The position numbers were made by a program, and so were the translations under genes. A model generated the notes under the pieces. It was not told the DNA's origin and did not search any database. It saw nothing but the letters and a program-made list of their open reading frames with translations. Positions 26,478-41,604 of a stretch of 64,000 nucleotides of DNA are shown here, in pieces (positions within the stretch are counted from its first letter, which is position 1; each line of letters opens with the position of its first letter). Origin of the DNA: Octopus vulgaris (Eukaryota); assembly GCA_951406725.2 (NCBI GenBank), contig OX597824.1:82584001-82648000 (forward strand), given 5' to 3'.

Positions 26478-26879
26478 ACTCTTTACTCTTTTACTTGTTT
26501 CAGTCATTTGACTGCGGCCATGCTGGAGCACCGCCTTTAGTCGAGCAAATCGACCCCGGGACTTATTCTTTGTAAGCTCAGTACTTATTCTATCGGTCCC
26601 TTTTGCCGAACCGCTAAGTGACGGGAACGTAAACACACCAGCATCGGTTGTCAAGCAATGCTAGGGGGACAAACACAGACACACAAACATATACACACAC
26701 ACTTATATATATATACGACGGGCTTCTTTCAGTTTCCGTCTACCAAATCCCCTCACAAGGCTTTGGTCGGCCCGGGGCTATAGCAAAAGACACTTGCCCA
26801 AGGTGCCACGCAGTGGGACTGAACCCGGAACCATGTGGTTGGTAAACAAGCTACTTACCACACAGCCACTCCTGCGCCT
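26478..26879 (-). mobile_element. SINE family A, full length
   Basis: Reverse complement of the family consensus. Confidence 0.9.
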
Positions 26880-27282
26880 ATTAAACCATTTTTTTAACAA
26901 AATACACGCAGAATAACTTTAATCACAGGCCTACTCGTTACGGATTAACCTAGGGTTAAAACAATACCACTACTACCAATAAATGTACGAACCAGGAAGA
27001 GTATCAAAACGTATTCACTAGAAATAGCAGCTATGTATCCCTAAAATCTCACTGCATCGTCTTTAAAAGGTATTTTAATGTTTGTAATTCGTCTGGTTTC
27101 GTCTGTAAAGTGTTTGATCTTACATATTCAGAGATCTACAGGACTTGCATCAGCTGGGGGTAAGGGGAGATAAATACCAATAACGCTCGCAAAACTCGAA
27201 AAGCGCATTGGATTATGTGCTCTTAGATAGACTGTGTTGAAGAGACAATACAGGATGGCCACAGCTGGAACTCCTTTCATCT

Positions 27283-27745
27283 CTTTTATTTAAACCCCCC
27301 ACACGAAATGTAAACTGTTCTTGTAACTTTTCCATCATCTGATACCTCTGTAGAAAATATTAGAAATTATTACAGTGGAGGGTTACATAAGAAACAATAC
27401 AACACAAACATTTAAATTGATAGGGTTTTTTGTAAGGATGAGAGCTGTACTTGTTAGCACAATCTTTTGGATTTCTCTGACACATGGTTCTCCTGGGATA
27501 TTATCTAGATATTTTTAACATCCCTTTTTTATCATACCCAGGTCACCAACAATAACAGGAACAGTTCTTGCTTTAATATGCCACAACTTTTGTATTTCAA
27601 TTCTCAGGTCCTTATATTTACTTCATTTGTCAAATTCCTTTACAAATGTATTTTTATGAGTGGGAACACTTACATCTATTAGTGTAAATGTATTTTCTTC
27701 CCTATCTTTAATAACTGGTCAATTAGCCTGGATCGTTCTACCGTC

Positions 27746-27746
<1 letters not shown>
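27283..27746 (-). mobile_element. R4/Dong-clade LINE 3' fragment 1 (restriction-like endonuclease C-terminus plus 3' UTR)
   Basis: Translates to TIQAN*P..LIDVSVPTHKNTFVKEFDK*SKYKDLRIEIQKLWHIKARTVPVIVGDLGMIKKG...EIQKIVLTSTALIL. Confidence 0.85.
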
Positions 27747-27832
<86 letters not shown>

Positions 27833-27877
27833 TTCATTATTTTTATTATTATTATTATTATTACTATTATTATTATT

Positions 27878-27910
<33 letters not shown>

Positions 27911-27990
27911 TTCATTATTTTTATTATTATTATTATTATTATTATCATTATTATTATTATTATTATTATCATCATCATCATCATCATCCA

Positions 27991-28055
<65 letters not shown>

Positions 28056-28056
<1 letters not shown>

Positions 28057-28470
28057 ATGTCTGGCTTTTGCTTTGTATTTATACAAGTTGACTCCAAGTC
28101 TCACCCAGAGACCTTAACAGACAACAAGTTAGAAGTTCAAGTTGGTAAGAAGTTCAACTAGGGTGCCATATATTTGGTTTTGCGCAGAGCATTGTCTGTC
28201 AAAACATAAGAAAATTAAAAGCTTGTTTTTTAAAATAATTTAATTAAAAGATGATTCTGTAATCTTAAGATGACAGTAAAAAGTATTTGTTGTTACGTAC
28301 ATTTAAAAGTACTTTTGATAACGTTTACAGATTAAAATGCTTTTGGAATCATAATTACAATATTTTTCGTAGGATATGAGCAGTTCCCACGAGCAATACT
28401 TGTTTAATTTGTTCCAATTTGGGATCTCCTGTTTTTTGAAGGGTTTTTTCTACACTAGGAACACAACCAT
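28056..28470 (-). mobile_element. R4/Dong-clade LINE 3' fragment 2
   Basis: GDPKLEQIKQVLLVGTAHILRKIL* followed by a 3' UTR ending in (TAA)n. Confidence 0.75.
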
Positions 28471-28487
28471 ATCATTATTATTATTAT

Positions 28488-28690
28488 TAAGGCGGCGAGC
28501 GAGCAGAATCGTTAGAACGTGGAGCAAAATGTTTAGCGGTGTTTCGCCCGTCACTACGTTTTAAGAGTCGACTTTGCCTTTCATCCTTTCGGGGTTGATT
28601 AAATAAGTACAGTTACGCATTGGGGTCGATGTAATCGATTTACTCCCTTCCCCCAAATTTGAGACCTTGTGCTTCCAGTAGAAAGGATTA
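28488..28690 (+). mobile_element. SINE family B with a (TTA)n tail
   Basis: TAAGGCGGCGAG head, GTCGACTTTGCCTTTCATCCTTTCGGGG core, ends AGAAAGGATTATTATT. Confidence 0.85.
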
Positions 28691-28716
28691 TTATTATTAT
28701 TATTATTATTGTTGTA

Positions 28717-28754
<38 letters not shown>

Positions 28755-28806
28755 CATCATCATCATCATCGTTATTATTATTATTATCATCATCATCATC
28801 GTTATT

Positions 28807-28859
<53 letters not shown>

Positions 28860-28891
28860 TATTATTATTATTATTATCATTATTATTATTA

Positions 28892-29221
28892 CTTTTTTTT
28901 TTCTTCTTTCAAATTTGCTTCCATTTCTTGCCGAGTGTCTTCCCGACTCCTAGGGCAAAGAAACTCATAGTATACATTGGTAGGCCATTAAACCAAACTC
29001 AATAGTTCGTTCATTTAAAATACATGAACAGCAACAGTTCTCACATCGATAATGCTCTTCTCAATACGTGTGATGTACCAGTTAAGACAATCTTTTGCAC
29101 TTCTTGCAGGGATGGTAAGCCAGTGATCATTCTCATATAATTTTCGGTTCCCTTCTTGGTCATTCCTAGTGCTCCTACGATCACTGGTATTGTAACCGCC
29201 TTGAGATGCCACATTTTCTCA
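28892..29221 (-). mobile_element. R4/Dong-clade LINE 3' fragment 3
   Basis: EKMWHLKAVTIPVIVGALGMTKKGTENYMRMITGLPSLQEVQKIVLTGTSHVLRRALSM* plus a distinct 3' UTR. Confidence 0.85.
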
Positions 29222-29302
29222 ATTATTATTATTATTATTACTATTATTATTATTATTATTATTATTATTACTACTACTACTATTATTATTATTATTATTA
29301 TT

Positions 29303-29989
29303 CAGTAGTTTTATTTTTATTTTTATAGCGTGCTTTCACTTCACTACCGAGCACAGCTCTGTGTGCCTTGGGTATGTGCTGTGATTTGTTGTGATGCTCT
29401 GATGGTTATTGTATGGAAAGTGTTCTGCGTAGGATGTGTGCAGTGCCCAGTAGTGCAATTTTCTGTATGTTATATGTGTTTGTAAGTCCTGGTGTTTTTG
29501 TTATGTATTTGTCTGAATATTTTTTATTATCATGCCTAATGCACCTACTATGATAGGAATTGTTTCTGTTTTCAGATTCCACATTCTAGTTACCTCTATT
29601 TCCAGGTCTTTGTATTTTGAGAGTTTCTCCATTTCTTTTAGAGACACGTTGTCATCTGCCGGTACTGATACATCAATTAGAAAGCATTTTTTTTTCTTCA
29701 TGGTCTCTGACAACTTATATCTGGTCTGTTGGCCTTAATTTCTCTATCTGTGTGTATCGGCATATCCCAGAGTATGGTTGCTTTCTCGTTTTCTGTGACC
29801 TTTTCTGGTGTGTGCCTATACCATCTTTTTTCTGTTGTTATTCCATAATGTTGGCATAGCTTCCAATGTATGTAAGTTCCAACTCTGTCATGTCTGTGAA
29901 TATATTCCTTCTTAGCCAGGACTGGGCAGCTAGAGATAATATGATTTATTGTTTCTTGTCCATCTCCACATATTCTGCAGTTACTTGTA
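29303..29989 (-). mobile_element. R4/Dong-clade LINE 3' fragment 4 (CCHC knuckle plus RLE domain)
   Basis: CRICGDGQETINHIISSC, RHDRV, NRPDI, LIDVSVP, KLSKYKDL and PIIVGALG; flanked by (TAA)n on both sides. Confidence 0.95.
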
Positions 29990-29990
29990 A

Positions 29991-30038
<48 letters not shown>

Positions 30039-30043
30039 TATTA

Positions 30044-30093
<50 letters not shown>

Positions 30094-30098
30094 TATTA

Positions 30099-30135
<37 letters not shown>

Positions 30136-30183
30136 CATCATCATTATTATTATTATTATTATCATCATCATTATTATTATTAA

Positions 30184-30237
<54 letters not shown>

Positions 30238-30646
30238 CATCATCATCATCATCATTGCTATACCGCTGTAGCCGAAGCTGGTATTGACGTTACCATTGCA
30301 GCAACTACTATTAAATATTGCTCAGATGCAAATGCACAACTGCAACAGTCTTGCCGCCTGTTGATGCTTTGTTGCTGCTGCTGTTGCTGATGGTGCTGCT
30401 GCTGTTTTCAATTTTTTTTTCTTTTACTGTTGGGATTATGGACATTGTAGTAGAAGCACTAGTTGCAGTGGTTGTCTCATTTGTTGTTGTTGTTGCTCTT
30501 TCTTCAAACGTTGGTTCTGTTGATGTTTGCTACCCGCTGCAATCAACATAAAACAAAAACATTGTGAAGTGGGTATTGGTATATTTAACGGTAGTGAACG
30601 AAGCAATTATAAATAAATAAAATTAAGGCCTTAGTAATGAGAGATA

Positions 30647-31517
30647 CAGTGATTCCTCGCTACTTCGCGGTTCAACTATCACGGATTCACGACCTCGCGG
30701 AATTTTAAAATATATTAGCAGTATCACCCGGCGTTGCTCGGGTTTGTTTCGACCCTTTAGAATTGGAATTTTTGAAAAGTAAAAAGTTTGCATTATGTAG
30801 CTTGTTATTTTCTTTAAGTGAACATTTTTCTGGTTGAAATACACTGAAAAATGGCGACACAGCAATCAAAAAATCGTAAAAAATAGGGATTTTCATAGAA
30901 AAAAACACCATTTTTATGTAAATAATTTTTGGTGTGATTTGCATTATTTCTTCTACGGAAGGAAGAGCAAGCCTCCTTCTATCATACTCTCAATTTGGGT
31001 CAACTTGCGCCGCAGGGTCTCGGAGGAGATAGTGTTAGTTGAAGGCTACCAAACCTGCCATACAGACAACTTCAGCTTTATATATAGAGAGATATATATG
31101 AACGCCTAAAACTTTTCATTGAATCCATTAAAATATTAATAATAAATATTATTTCCTAGTCTAGGAACAACAAAACAAGCGTAAAATAGCAAAACAGCAT
31201 ATACAGGCGTATTTGAACTTAAGATGGGCTGTGATTGGTGCAATGGAGAGAGACGACGAATCACAGCTTTCTATTTTGTAATCTGGCCTGTGTAACAGTA
31301 ACAATCTTTATTTTTTAAAATCTAAAGTGTTATTGCTCAACAGTTGTCCTCGTTATTAATAGACTACTGTAATGGGTTGGTTGTTAACAGTACAGGGAGG
31401 GTTTTAAAAGTCCAAATACACGTTAAATACTGTAAATATGGGATCCCTACTTTGCGGAAATTCAGTTATCGCGGCCGGTCTCAGAACCAATCTACCGCGA
31501 TAAACGGGGGATCACTG
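30647..31517. mobile_element. pogo/Tigger-type MITE containing a nested Helitron
   Basis: TIRs CAGTGATTCCTCGCTACTTCGCGGT and ACCGCGATAAACGGGGGATCACTG; TA on the left flank. Confidence 0.75.
30715..31092 (-). mobile_element. Non-autonomous Helitron
   Basis: Minus strand starts TCTCTCTATATATAAAG and ends with hairpin CCCGAGCAACGCCGGG then CTAA (CTRR); sits between A and T with no TSD. Confidence 0.8.
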
Positions 31518-31657
31518 AAAAAGTAATTATCTTCATGATTAATTCCGGTCATGAATGGCAACGATGACAATCATAGAATTTTAATTAATTAAAATTAATC
31601 CGAATAGAGAACGCGATGGGAAAAACCTGTCAGATGTTTAGCAATGGTGTGAGAATT

Positions 31658-31695
31658 CTGCACGTGTTTCGAACATATTGGACCTCATCAGCGAA
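31658..31695 (-). ncRNA. Degenerate hammerhead motif
   Basis: Minus strand CTGATGA-GGTC-caatat-GTTC-GAAAC-AC-GTG; weak stem II and a non-cleavable GUG triplet. Confidence 0.4.
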
Positions 31696-31794
31696 AGAGT
31701 GGTAAACTGTTAAAACCTTAGAACGAAATATATTTTTTCCACAGAGAGCGCGTGACGGACAGACAGGCATGCAGACAGACAGGCAGACAGACTT

Positions 31795-31931
<137 letters not shown>

Positions 31932-32519
31932 AAATCTTCACATCTGTAGAAAATCTTCACGCTCGCCAGATTAATGATAAACGATTCTTTACATTGTCGC
32001 ACAACAATATACAAAAATACAAATATTATCTTAATGACTAAGAAATATGTCGAGGGACACTATCGGCACAAAAAAAGCACAGTCAATTTAGTGTCAATAT
32101 TTTCCTTAATATAGTGAAGCGATGTATATGTAATATATCAAATAAATTAAACATTACGTATATGAGTCAAAGTGGGAGCCTCTACACAGTCATTCCACTT
32201 GCTAAAAATAGCAGTTAAATATATCTTAAACCACCACATTACACCATATAAATGAAAGGACGCATTGGTTAATACAGTTGTTTTCCAGCGTTTTTTAGGG
32301 TACTATAGCCCTTTTAGTGACCTCTCGAATCGGCCAGTACTTCTCCTAAAAATCCCGTAATGACATTTAAAGGTAGCTGAAGTTTAATTTGAATTCTGTG
32401 TAACCTCTTGAAATAAATTTTAGCAGCTCTTGGAGGTACTGGCAGCACATGGGAGCACAGGATCCCCCAAGAAATACTAGTACCTCCAGGCCGAGAAAAA
32501 CTGTTGTATATTAAACATG

Positions 32520-33310
32520 TGAAGGCGTGTGGCTTAATGGTTAGGGGTGTTGCACTCACGGTCGCTAGATCTTGGTTTCGATTCCCTGACTGGGCGGCGC
32601 GTTGTGTTCTTGAGCAAAGCACTTCATTTTACGTTGCTTCAGCCCCCCTTTCGATCAGGGGGCAATGTTGGCCTGCTCGCCTAGCCATCGGGCTGGTGTC
32701 ATTTGAAGGCTAAAACAATGCAAAAGTGCATTGTGACCAGCGATGTGTAACAACGTCAGATAGCCTGGTCGGTCATGTAGTCACATGATATTAAACATAT
32801 CGAAAGCAAAGTACGGCAGCAATAATTTGAACCATAGCCCTGCATGTTCGAGATTAATCTGGGGCTTAAACAACAATTAAAAGACGTGTAGCCTAGTTCC
32901 TTCTCGAGCCATCCCTGGCTCATAAGGGCAGGTTTCCCGGTTTTCTTGGCGTATAGGTTCCCCACCTGGATAGGACGCAGGTCCGTCGCAGGTGAGCTGC
33001 AAGATGCAAGAGGAAAGAGTGAGAGAAGGTTGTGGCGAAAGAGTCAGAAGAAGTTCGCCATCATCTTCTGCCGGAACCGCGTGGAGATTAGGTGCTTCGC
33101 CCATAAACACACACATCGTCCGGTCTGAGATTCGAACTTGCAATCCTTCGACCGCGAGTCCGCTGCTCTAACCACTAGGCCATGTGCCTCCACTAGTGGC
33201 TACGGTGTTGCACTAACGATTGCAATAACGGGGTTTCGATTCTCAAGTTGCGCTCTTGAGCAAAGCACTTCATTTCGTGTTGCTCCAGTCCACTCGTCTG
33301 TAAATAGGTA
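32520..33310. mobile_element. Cluster of tRNA-derived SINE copies and fragments in both orientations
   Basis: Heads GAAGGCGTGTGGCTTAATGGTTAG (+, 32521) and rc GGAGGCACATGGCCTAGTGGTTAG (-, ~33192); TTCTTGAGCAAAGCACTT cores. Confidence 0.75.
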
Positions 33311-33417
33311 CAACTACAACATCATGTTCAAGAGGGGAGCGGTATGATCTTGTTCTCGGTCATTTATACGCCATGGAAACCGGGTAACTGGCCTTATCAG
33401 TCTTAAAACTGGAAGCA

Positions 33418-33523
<106 letters not shown>

Positions 33524-34478
33524 TGACGACGTTAGAAACAGCCACTGCCATCACCAACAAAACCATCAACAGCAAAAACGCTATGTGGCTACTAGAAATA
33601 GCAGCTATATAACCCTAAGATCACATCGTATCGTCTTTAAAACGGAAGGATAAAACGGTGATTGTAGCCCTGGGTGTCCTATGTGCGCAACAAGTATGGT
33701 TTCATCTGTAATGTTTTTTTATCTTATTCGTACAGAGGTCTGTTGAACCCGGCCCAGTCGGAGGAAAGGGGAGATAAGCAGCAATAACATCCGTGTAAAT
33801 CGAAAAGCTCATTGGATGATGTGCTCTTAGATATACTGTGCATGAAGAAACAAAACAGGATGGTCACAGCTGGAGCTCCATTCATCAAAGGTCTGCTGGA
33901 TCAAGGCTAACTACGTGCTAAACAGCAACAACAACAACAACAGCAACATAACCGATTAATATTATCAAGAGCGAGGAAGAACTCATTGGGCAGTGAAAGT
34001 TTAGTGGCATCTACTATACGCTGTGCCACGGAAATGGAAATGAAAAATAGACAGGATAGTCACAGCTGGAACGCCTTTGATCATAACTCCACTGGTTCAA
34101 GGTTGAATTAGGGTTATATAACAACAAAAACAATAATAATACATACATACATGCGTAAACAAGTACATACGTCTATGCGAATGTACGTAGTTAAAAGAGG
34201 TTTTTATGCAGCGAATATTACCCGAATAGACGACTTATTATAAATTGAAGCGTTAGATACATCTAGTGATTTTATTGACTGTGAGTTCGAAGTTACGTCA
34301 GTTGTCGGCCTCAACAGATTGGTTGTTTGTCTCTCTGAGATTGATCAACGACTGTAAACCTCTCTCATAATGGCCCTAATAAATACTGAAAATCAGTTAA
34401 GTTTGGTCATCAATATATGGTGAAATAGATTAAATTTGAGCTTTGTACGTCTACTATCAGGGTTTACATAAAACTGCA

Positions 34479-34518
<40 letters not shown>

Positions 34519-34544
34519 AGGAAGCACATACGTCCTAAACAAGG

Positions 34545-34670
34545 TGAAAAGAAAATAGCACTCGAATACCAAAGGCAGAGTAATATGACATTATTGAAGC
34601 CGAATAAAACTTCACAAAACTATTACTCAGAGATTTACGCTACCGTTCATCAGATGGTTGTGATTATCAT
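34545..34670 (-). mobile_element. Penelope-like pLTR fragment with a decayed hammerhead
   Basis: Minus strand CTGATGA-ACG-gtag-CGT-AAAT-CTCTGAG-TA (34621-34656). Confidence 0.4.
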
Positions 34671-34765
34671 AGCTATCTGCTGAGCGATCACGTGAAAGCC
34701 TGAGCAACATATTTGTGAAGACTTTTCGGCTTTAGTTAAATAGCGTGTATATATATACATACATA

Positions 34766-34805
<40 letters not shown>

Positions 34806-34828
34806 TATATATATATATACATATATAC

Positions 34829-34859
<31 letters not shown>

Positions 34860-35069
34860 CAAATATATATATATACATACATACATACATACATACATAC
34901 ACATATACATACGTGCATATATATATATATATACAGAGAAAGAGAGATAGACAGACTGACAGATGTACATAGAGAGAAATATATAGCAGTACAACAACAT
35001 GTAGAAATATGTACGCATCCTTACACACACACACACACACATATTCAAACACACACATGCGCACACACT

Positions 35070-35109
<40 letters not shown>

Positions 35110-35344
35110 CTCAATGCAGTGAATAGCTCAAACATTCCTCAGTGTTTCGCTATGGATTCTTTAAAACTGTTGAACAAAACACTAAACCTTAGAGAAAAAA
35201 AAAAAAAGAAAATGGCGGCCATTCCTGCTTCATATTAAGATACCCTTAAATATGCAACAACACATTAGCTATTTATAGAACGAAAGGGCTTTTCTTGCTT
35301 GAAATAAAGATATAATTTAACTATTCAACAGAACAAAAAATACT

Positions 35345-36650
<1,306 letters not shown>

Positions 36651-36760
36651 TTTACATACTTTTTTTTTTACAGTTATTGAAATTTCTGTTGTTTATTAAA
36701 TTATTTATTCTGAAATTTCTGGTTATATACAATTTTAGGTCAATGCCGTGTTTACTTCTA

Positions 36761-36825
<65 letters not shown>

Positions 36826-36945
36826 TTATACATACAAATGAGTGTGCGTGAGTAGATATGAATATTTTTTGTATACAAATATGTATCTGTATATGCGTAC
36901 GTGCGCATGGGTGAGTGTGCATGTGTGTATATATATATATGCATG

Positions 36946-37028
<83 letters not shown>

Positions 37029-37362
37029 TACAGTTCCACATACACTTCTTTCAACGTGACCTTTTCAACTGTATATCAATCAAGAGGAAGTTTTATCTCT
37101 GAACAAACATGGTCTTTATACGCAGAACATGAGTCAAAGCGCACGCACAAATACGCTCATACATATGCACACATATCATGACCAGGTACATACTTACACA
37201 TACATAGACATGCATACACGCAGTCATACATACACACACACGCACATGTATATATATACATGCGTGTGTGTGTGTGTGTATGTATGTATATGTATATATA
37301 TAAATATATATATGTATGTATATGTATATATATATATATGTGTGTGTATATATATGTACCTG

Positions 37363-37467
<105 letters not shown>

Positions 37468-37503
37468 ATATACATATGTGTATATGCATAGATGTGCTTA
37501 TAT

Positions 37504-37575
<72 letters not shown>

Positions 37576-38277
37576 ATATATATATAAATATACATATATG
37601 TATATCCATACATATATGCATATATGCTTGTGTGTATGTGTTGTGTACATACACCCATACAAGCACACTTCCCCCAGGTGCTGTTAGCTAAAATAACCAC
37701 ACAATAAACTCGATATAAACCTGACTTCACTTAACTAGAAGTATGACTCAACGCGTGAGTCGCTCCTACTAGTTGTTATTTAAAGTTAGCAAACACTATA
37801 ATTAATAGGTTAAAGAGAGACGAAATACACTTCTGTTTATTTAATCAGTTGTTTGTCGATATCTTTTCAAAGCATCTGGAAACGGTTTACACTCAACAGG
37901 ACGGTGGCTTTTCGGCCGTAGAAGCGTCAGTGTGTAGATCAAAATGAAGAGCGGTGTTAAATATATATATATATATATATAAATATATATATCAAATTTA
38001 ATGTTTAAGGATTAAGATTAAGAAAATGCGTGTTAAACACAGTATCGAAACTTTAAACAGAAAGACAGACAGACAGACAGACAGAAAGACGGACGGACGG
38101 ACGGACAGACAGGCAGACAGACAGGCAGACAGACAGACAGACAGACAGACGGACGGACAGACAGTCAGACAGACCGGCAGGCAGGCAGACAGACAGATAG
38201 ACAGACATACAGACAAACAGACAGATATGAAGGTATGTAGGTAGGTAGGTAGGTTGATAGGTAGGTAGATAGATATG

Positions 38278-38465
38278 TTTCTTTATTAGCCACACAGGGC
38301 TGCACACAGACGGGACAAAATTACAAGGTAGAGCTTTTCTTTTGGGGGTAAAAGAAGGGTGTTTGGTTTTCGATCAAAAGGGATCGTAAATGGAAAGAAA
38401 GAGGACAAAATAAGGGGGGGATATAATAAAAAAAATTTTTTTTTTAAATGGGGGGAAGGAAAAAA
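38278..38465 (-). mobile_element. LINE-type 3' UTR fragment (Tx1-like tail)
   Basis: Minus strand ends GTCCCGTCTGTGTGCAGCCCTGTGTGGCTAATAAAGAAA, similar to the tails at 59204-59260 and 24505-24560. Confidence 0.5.
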
Positions 38466-38473
38466 AAGGTAGG

Positions 38474-38561
<88 letters not shown>

Positions 38562-38974
38562 CGGACGGAGGGACGGACGGACGCACGGACAGACAGACAG
38601 GCAGGCAGGCAGACAGACAGACAGATAGGTAGATAGACAAACACGGTCGTTTACGGTCTGACTATAAATCCTGCAACTTTGACTTTGTCCTCCCTCCAAG
38701 ATCGATGTTGCAGATACCAGTTATAGAATGGTTTTAATATAATTTATTATACATCTCCACAAAATGTAGCCTTTGTGCGTATCTTAGAAAGAATTAAGTT
38801 GATAGTTTGGACTGTTATTTCATTATGATGCTTCGTCCTATTATTTTTGGAGTGTGTGTTGGTAAAGTTATGATATATATAAGCGTATGCGTGTATATAT
38901 ACAAAATATCCTTTCCCCTTCTAAAATGCATTGAAAACTCCTTATGAAAGCATGAAATTGTAACATTATCACTA

Positions 38975-39081
38975 AGTGAAACCGGTTGACTATATGAATA
39001 TATTATTTCTAGTGAAACCGGTTGATTATATAAATATATTATTTCAAGTGAAACCGGTTGACTATATGAATGTATTATTTC
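38975..39081. repeat. 36-bp tandem repeat x3, each unit containing AAACCGGTTG
   Basis: AGTGAAACCGGTTGA at 38975, 39011 and 39047. Confidence 0.9.
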
Positions 39082-39746
39082 ATTAAAAAAAATATGTATA
39101 TTTTGTCTAATATATAATTTCTTAGCATTTTTCTTCGTTTCTATTTTTCACAACAATTCACTACGTTGAGAATAAAATTTCCATCGTTCCTTTGCACTAT
39201 ATATAATGAATACCAACAAACAAGTGAAGGGGTATTCGATACCATAGTTGTGTGTTATAAAACATTTCGCTTACTTTAGTGTGGGGTAATGTTTCAATGG
39301 AATTTATTCGAGTTGCAGCCAATTTCACGGTAGGGAAAAAAACTGATGATAAATGAGAACAACCCACAATTATGACAGATAAATGAAAACTCACTCGCCA
39401 GATCGGTTAGAATCTGAGACGAATGGAAGTGCTTATAATTAGATGCATACATGTACACATATACACACATAATTATACTACGTACAGGCCTTTGGCCTTA
39501 ATTCAATAGGAAAACACTGGAAGATGAAAAATAGTCAAGTGATACCAGATCCAGCCTTTTAGATAGCAATTGTTGTCGGCTATTAAAGTGGCAGGTGGAA
39601 ACGTATTGGGTGACCAGACGTTATCTGGCAGTGCAAAAGTGAGCGCGTGATTTAAAGGAAGTATAAACAAGGATATTCACTGCAATATCGAAATAAAAAA
39701 TAAGTTATCTTTAGATTTTTTTCTCTCGATTTTAGAAACTTAGAGA

Positions 39747-40150
39747 ACGTAGGAGTGGCTGTGTACGTAGCTTGCTTACCAACCACATGGCTCCGGGTTC
39801 AGTCCCACTGCGTGGTACCTTGGGCAAGTGTCTTCTACTATAGCCTCGGACCGACCAAAGCCTTATGAGTGGATTTGGCAAAAGGAAACTGAAAGAAGCC
39901 TGTCGTATATACGTATGTGTGTGTATATGTTTGTGTGTTTGTATTTGTCCCCCCCCCCACATCGCTTGACAACCGATGGTGGTGTGCTTACGTCCCCGTA
40001 ACTTAGCGGTTCGGCAAAAGAGACCGATAGAATAAGTACTAGGCTTCCAAAGAATAAGTCCTGGGGTCGATTTGCGTGACTAAAGGCGGTGTTCCAGCAT
40101 GGCCACAGTCAAATGACTGAAACAAGTAAAAGAGTAAAAGAGAGAGAGTA
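39747..40150 (+). mobile_element. SINE family A, full length
   Basis: Matches the family consensus. Confidence 0.9.
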
Positions 40151-40151
40151 A

Positions 40152-40500
40152 CGTGAAATAATTCTCTGTCGAAACGATGAATCTCGGAGCAAATAACGCT
40201 ATAGATAACAGCATGTAGAATATTGGGCTGAAAATCCTATAAATAGAAAACATAGAAGTCTGCCTGTGGAATTCGAACCGAGTACTTCTGTAAATATGGC
40301 AGACGTTCTACCATTGGATCAAAGTCCTTCGAACTTTTCTGCACATTTTTTTCATACTTACAGAAAATGTGTGTTTGAATTCCATGGGCAGCCTTCGACA
40401 TTTTTCTCTCCAACGGCTTTTTAACCCAATAATTACACGTTATTGATTATAGCTTTATCTGCTTCGAGTTCGGCCATTAAAAATAGATGTTTTCACCTTC
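40152..40500. mobile_element. Old foldback/MITE-like element with long imperfect inverted arms
   Basis: GAAGTCTGCCTGTGGAATTCGAAC pairs with GTTTGAATTCCATGGGCAGCCTTC; ATTGGG with CCCAAT; GCTATA with TATAGC. Confidence 0.6.
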
Positions 40501-40538
40501 GCACGAAGTTTCTAAATTCTTGCAAAAAAAAATGGTTA

Positions 40539-40747
40539 GGCGCAAGAGTGGCTGTGTGGTAAGTAGCTTACTTACCAACCACGTGGTTCCGGGTTCAGTC
40601 CCACTGCGTGGCACATTGGGCAAGTGTTTTCTACAATAGCCTCGGGCCGACCAAAACCTTGTGAGTTGATTTTGTAGACGGAAACTGAAAGAAGCCTGTC
40701 GTATATATGTATATGTGTATATATATATATATATATACATATATATA

Positions 40748-40803
<56 letters not shown>

Positions 40804-41075
40804 TATATATATACACATATATATATATATATGTATGTATGTATGTGTGTGTATACGTTTGTGTGTCTGTGTTTGTTCCCACAAGATCGCTTGACAACCG
40901 ATGCTGGTGTGTTTACATCCCAATAACTTAGCGGTTCGGCAAAAGAGACCGATAGAATAAGTACTAGGCTTACAAAGAATAAGTCCTGGGGTCGATTTGC
41001 TCGACTAAAGGCGGTACTCCAGCATGGCCACTGTCAAATGACTGAAACAAGTAAAATAGTAAAAGAGTAAAAAGT
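40539..41075 (+). mobile_element. SINE family A with expanded internal (TA)n
   Basis: Matches the family consensus. Confidence 0.9.
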
Positions 41076-41604
41076 ATGTATCAAAATATTAAAAAAAGTA
41101 AAAATAAAAGAGTCCTTGAATTCCAATTAAATTCCTGTAAAAAAAAATAATAAAAAGTTATATATCAAAACATTAGATGAATAAAAAAGCAAAAAAGAAA
41201 AGGGAGCCCTTGAAGTCTGCTGCATATATTAGTTGTTTACTCTTTACTCTGCTGTTTACTTCGACGCACCCAAAAACCCTCTGCAAAACAAAAACGTGGT
41301 AAGATTTGAGATAGATTTAATCAACCGCATAAAAAAATGAAAACTTTGATAACCAGATGAAGAGTTTCTCAACATAAAGTTAAAAAGCATTTATCACGCT
41401 CTCAAAAGAAAAAAAACACTCTAGAAATTTATTTGTGCTGGCAACAAGAGCCAAAAATTTTATATGAATTTGATAGGAGCATATAGAAAACATTTCTGCT
41501 AAACAACATCACAAATACATAAAAAAGACCAATAACAACAATGCAATAAATAACCAGATAGAACTTCTTAAACCACATATTAGAAAAACAAATAAATAAA
41601 CACG

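Noticed and set aside
26648-26845. Recurrent small ORFs such as [43 protein letters not shown] as a peptide family
   Set aside because: Antisense translation of SINE family A; frames and starts are not conserved between copies.
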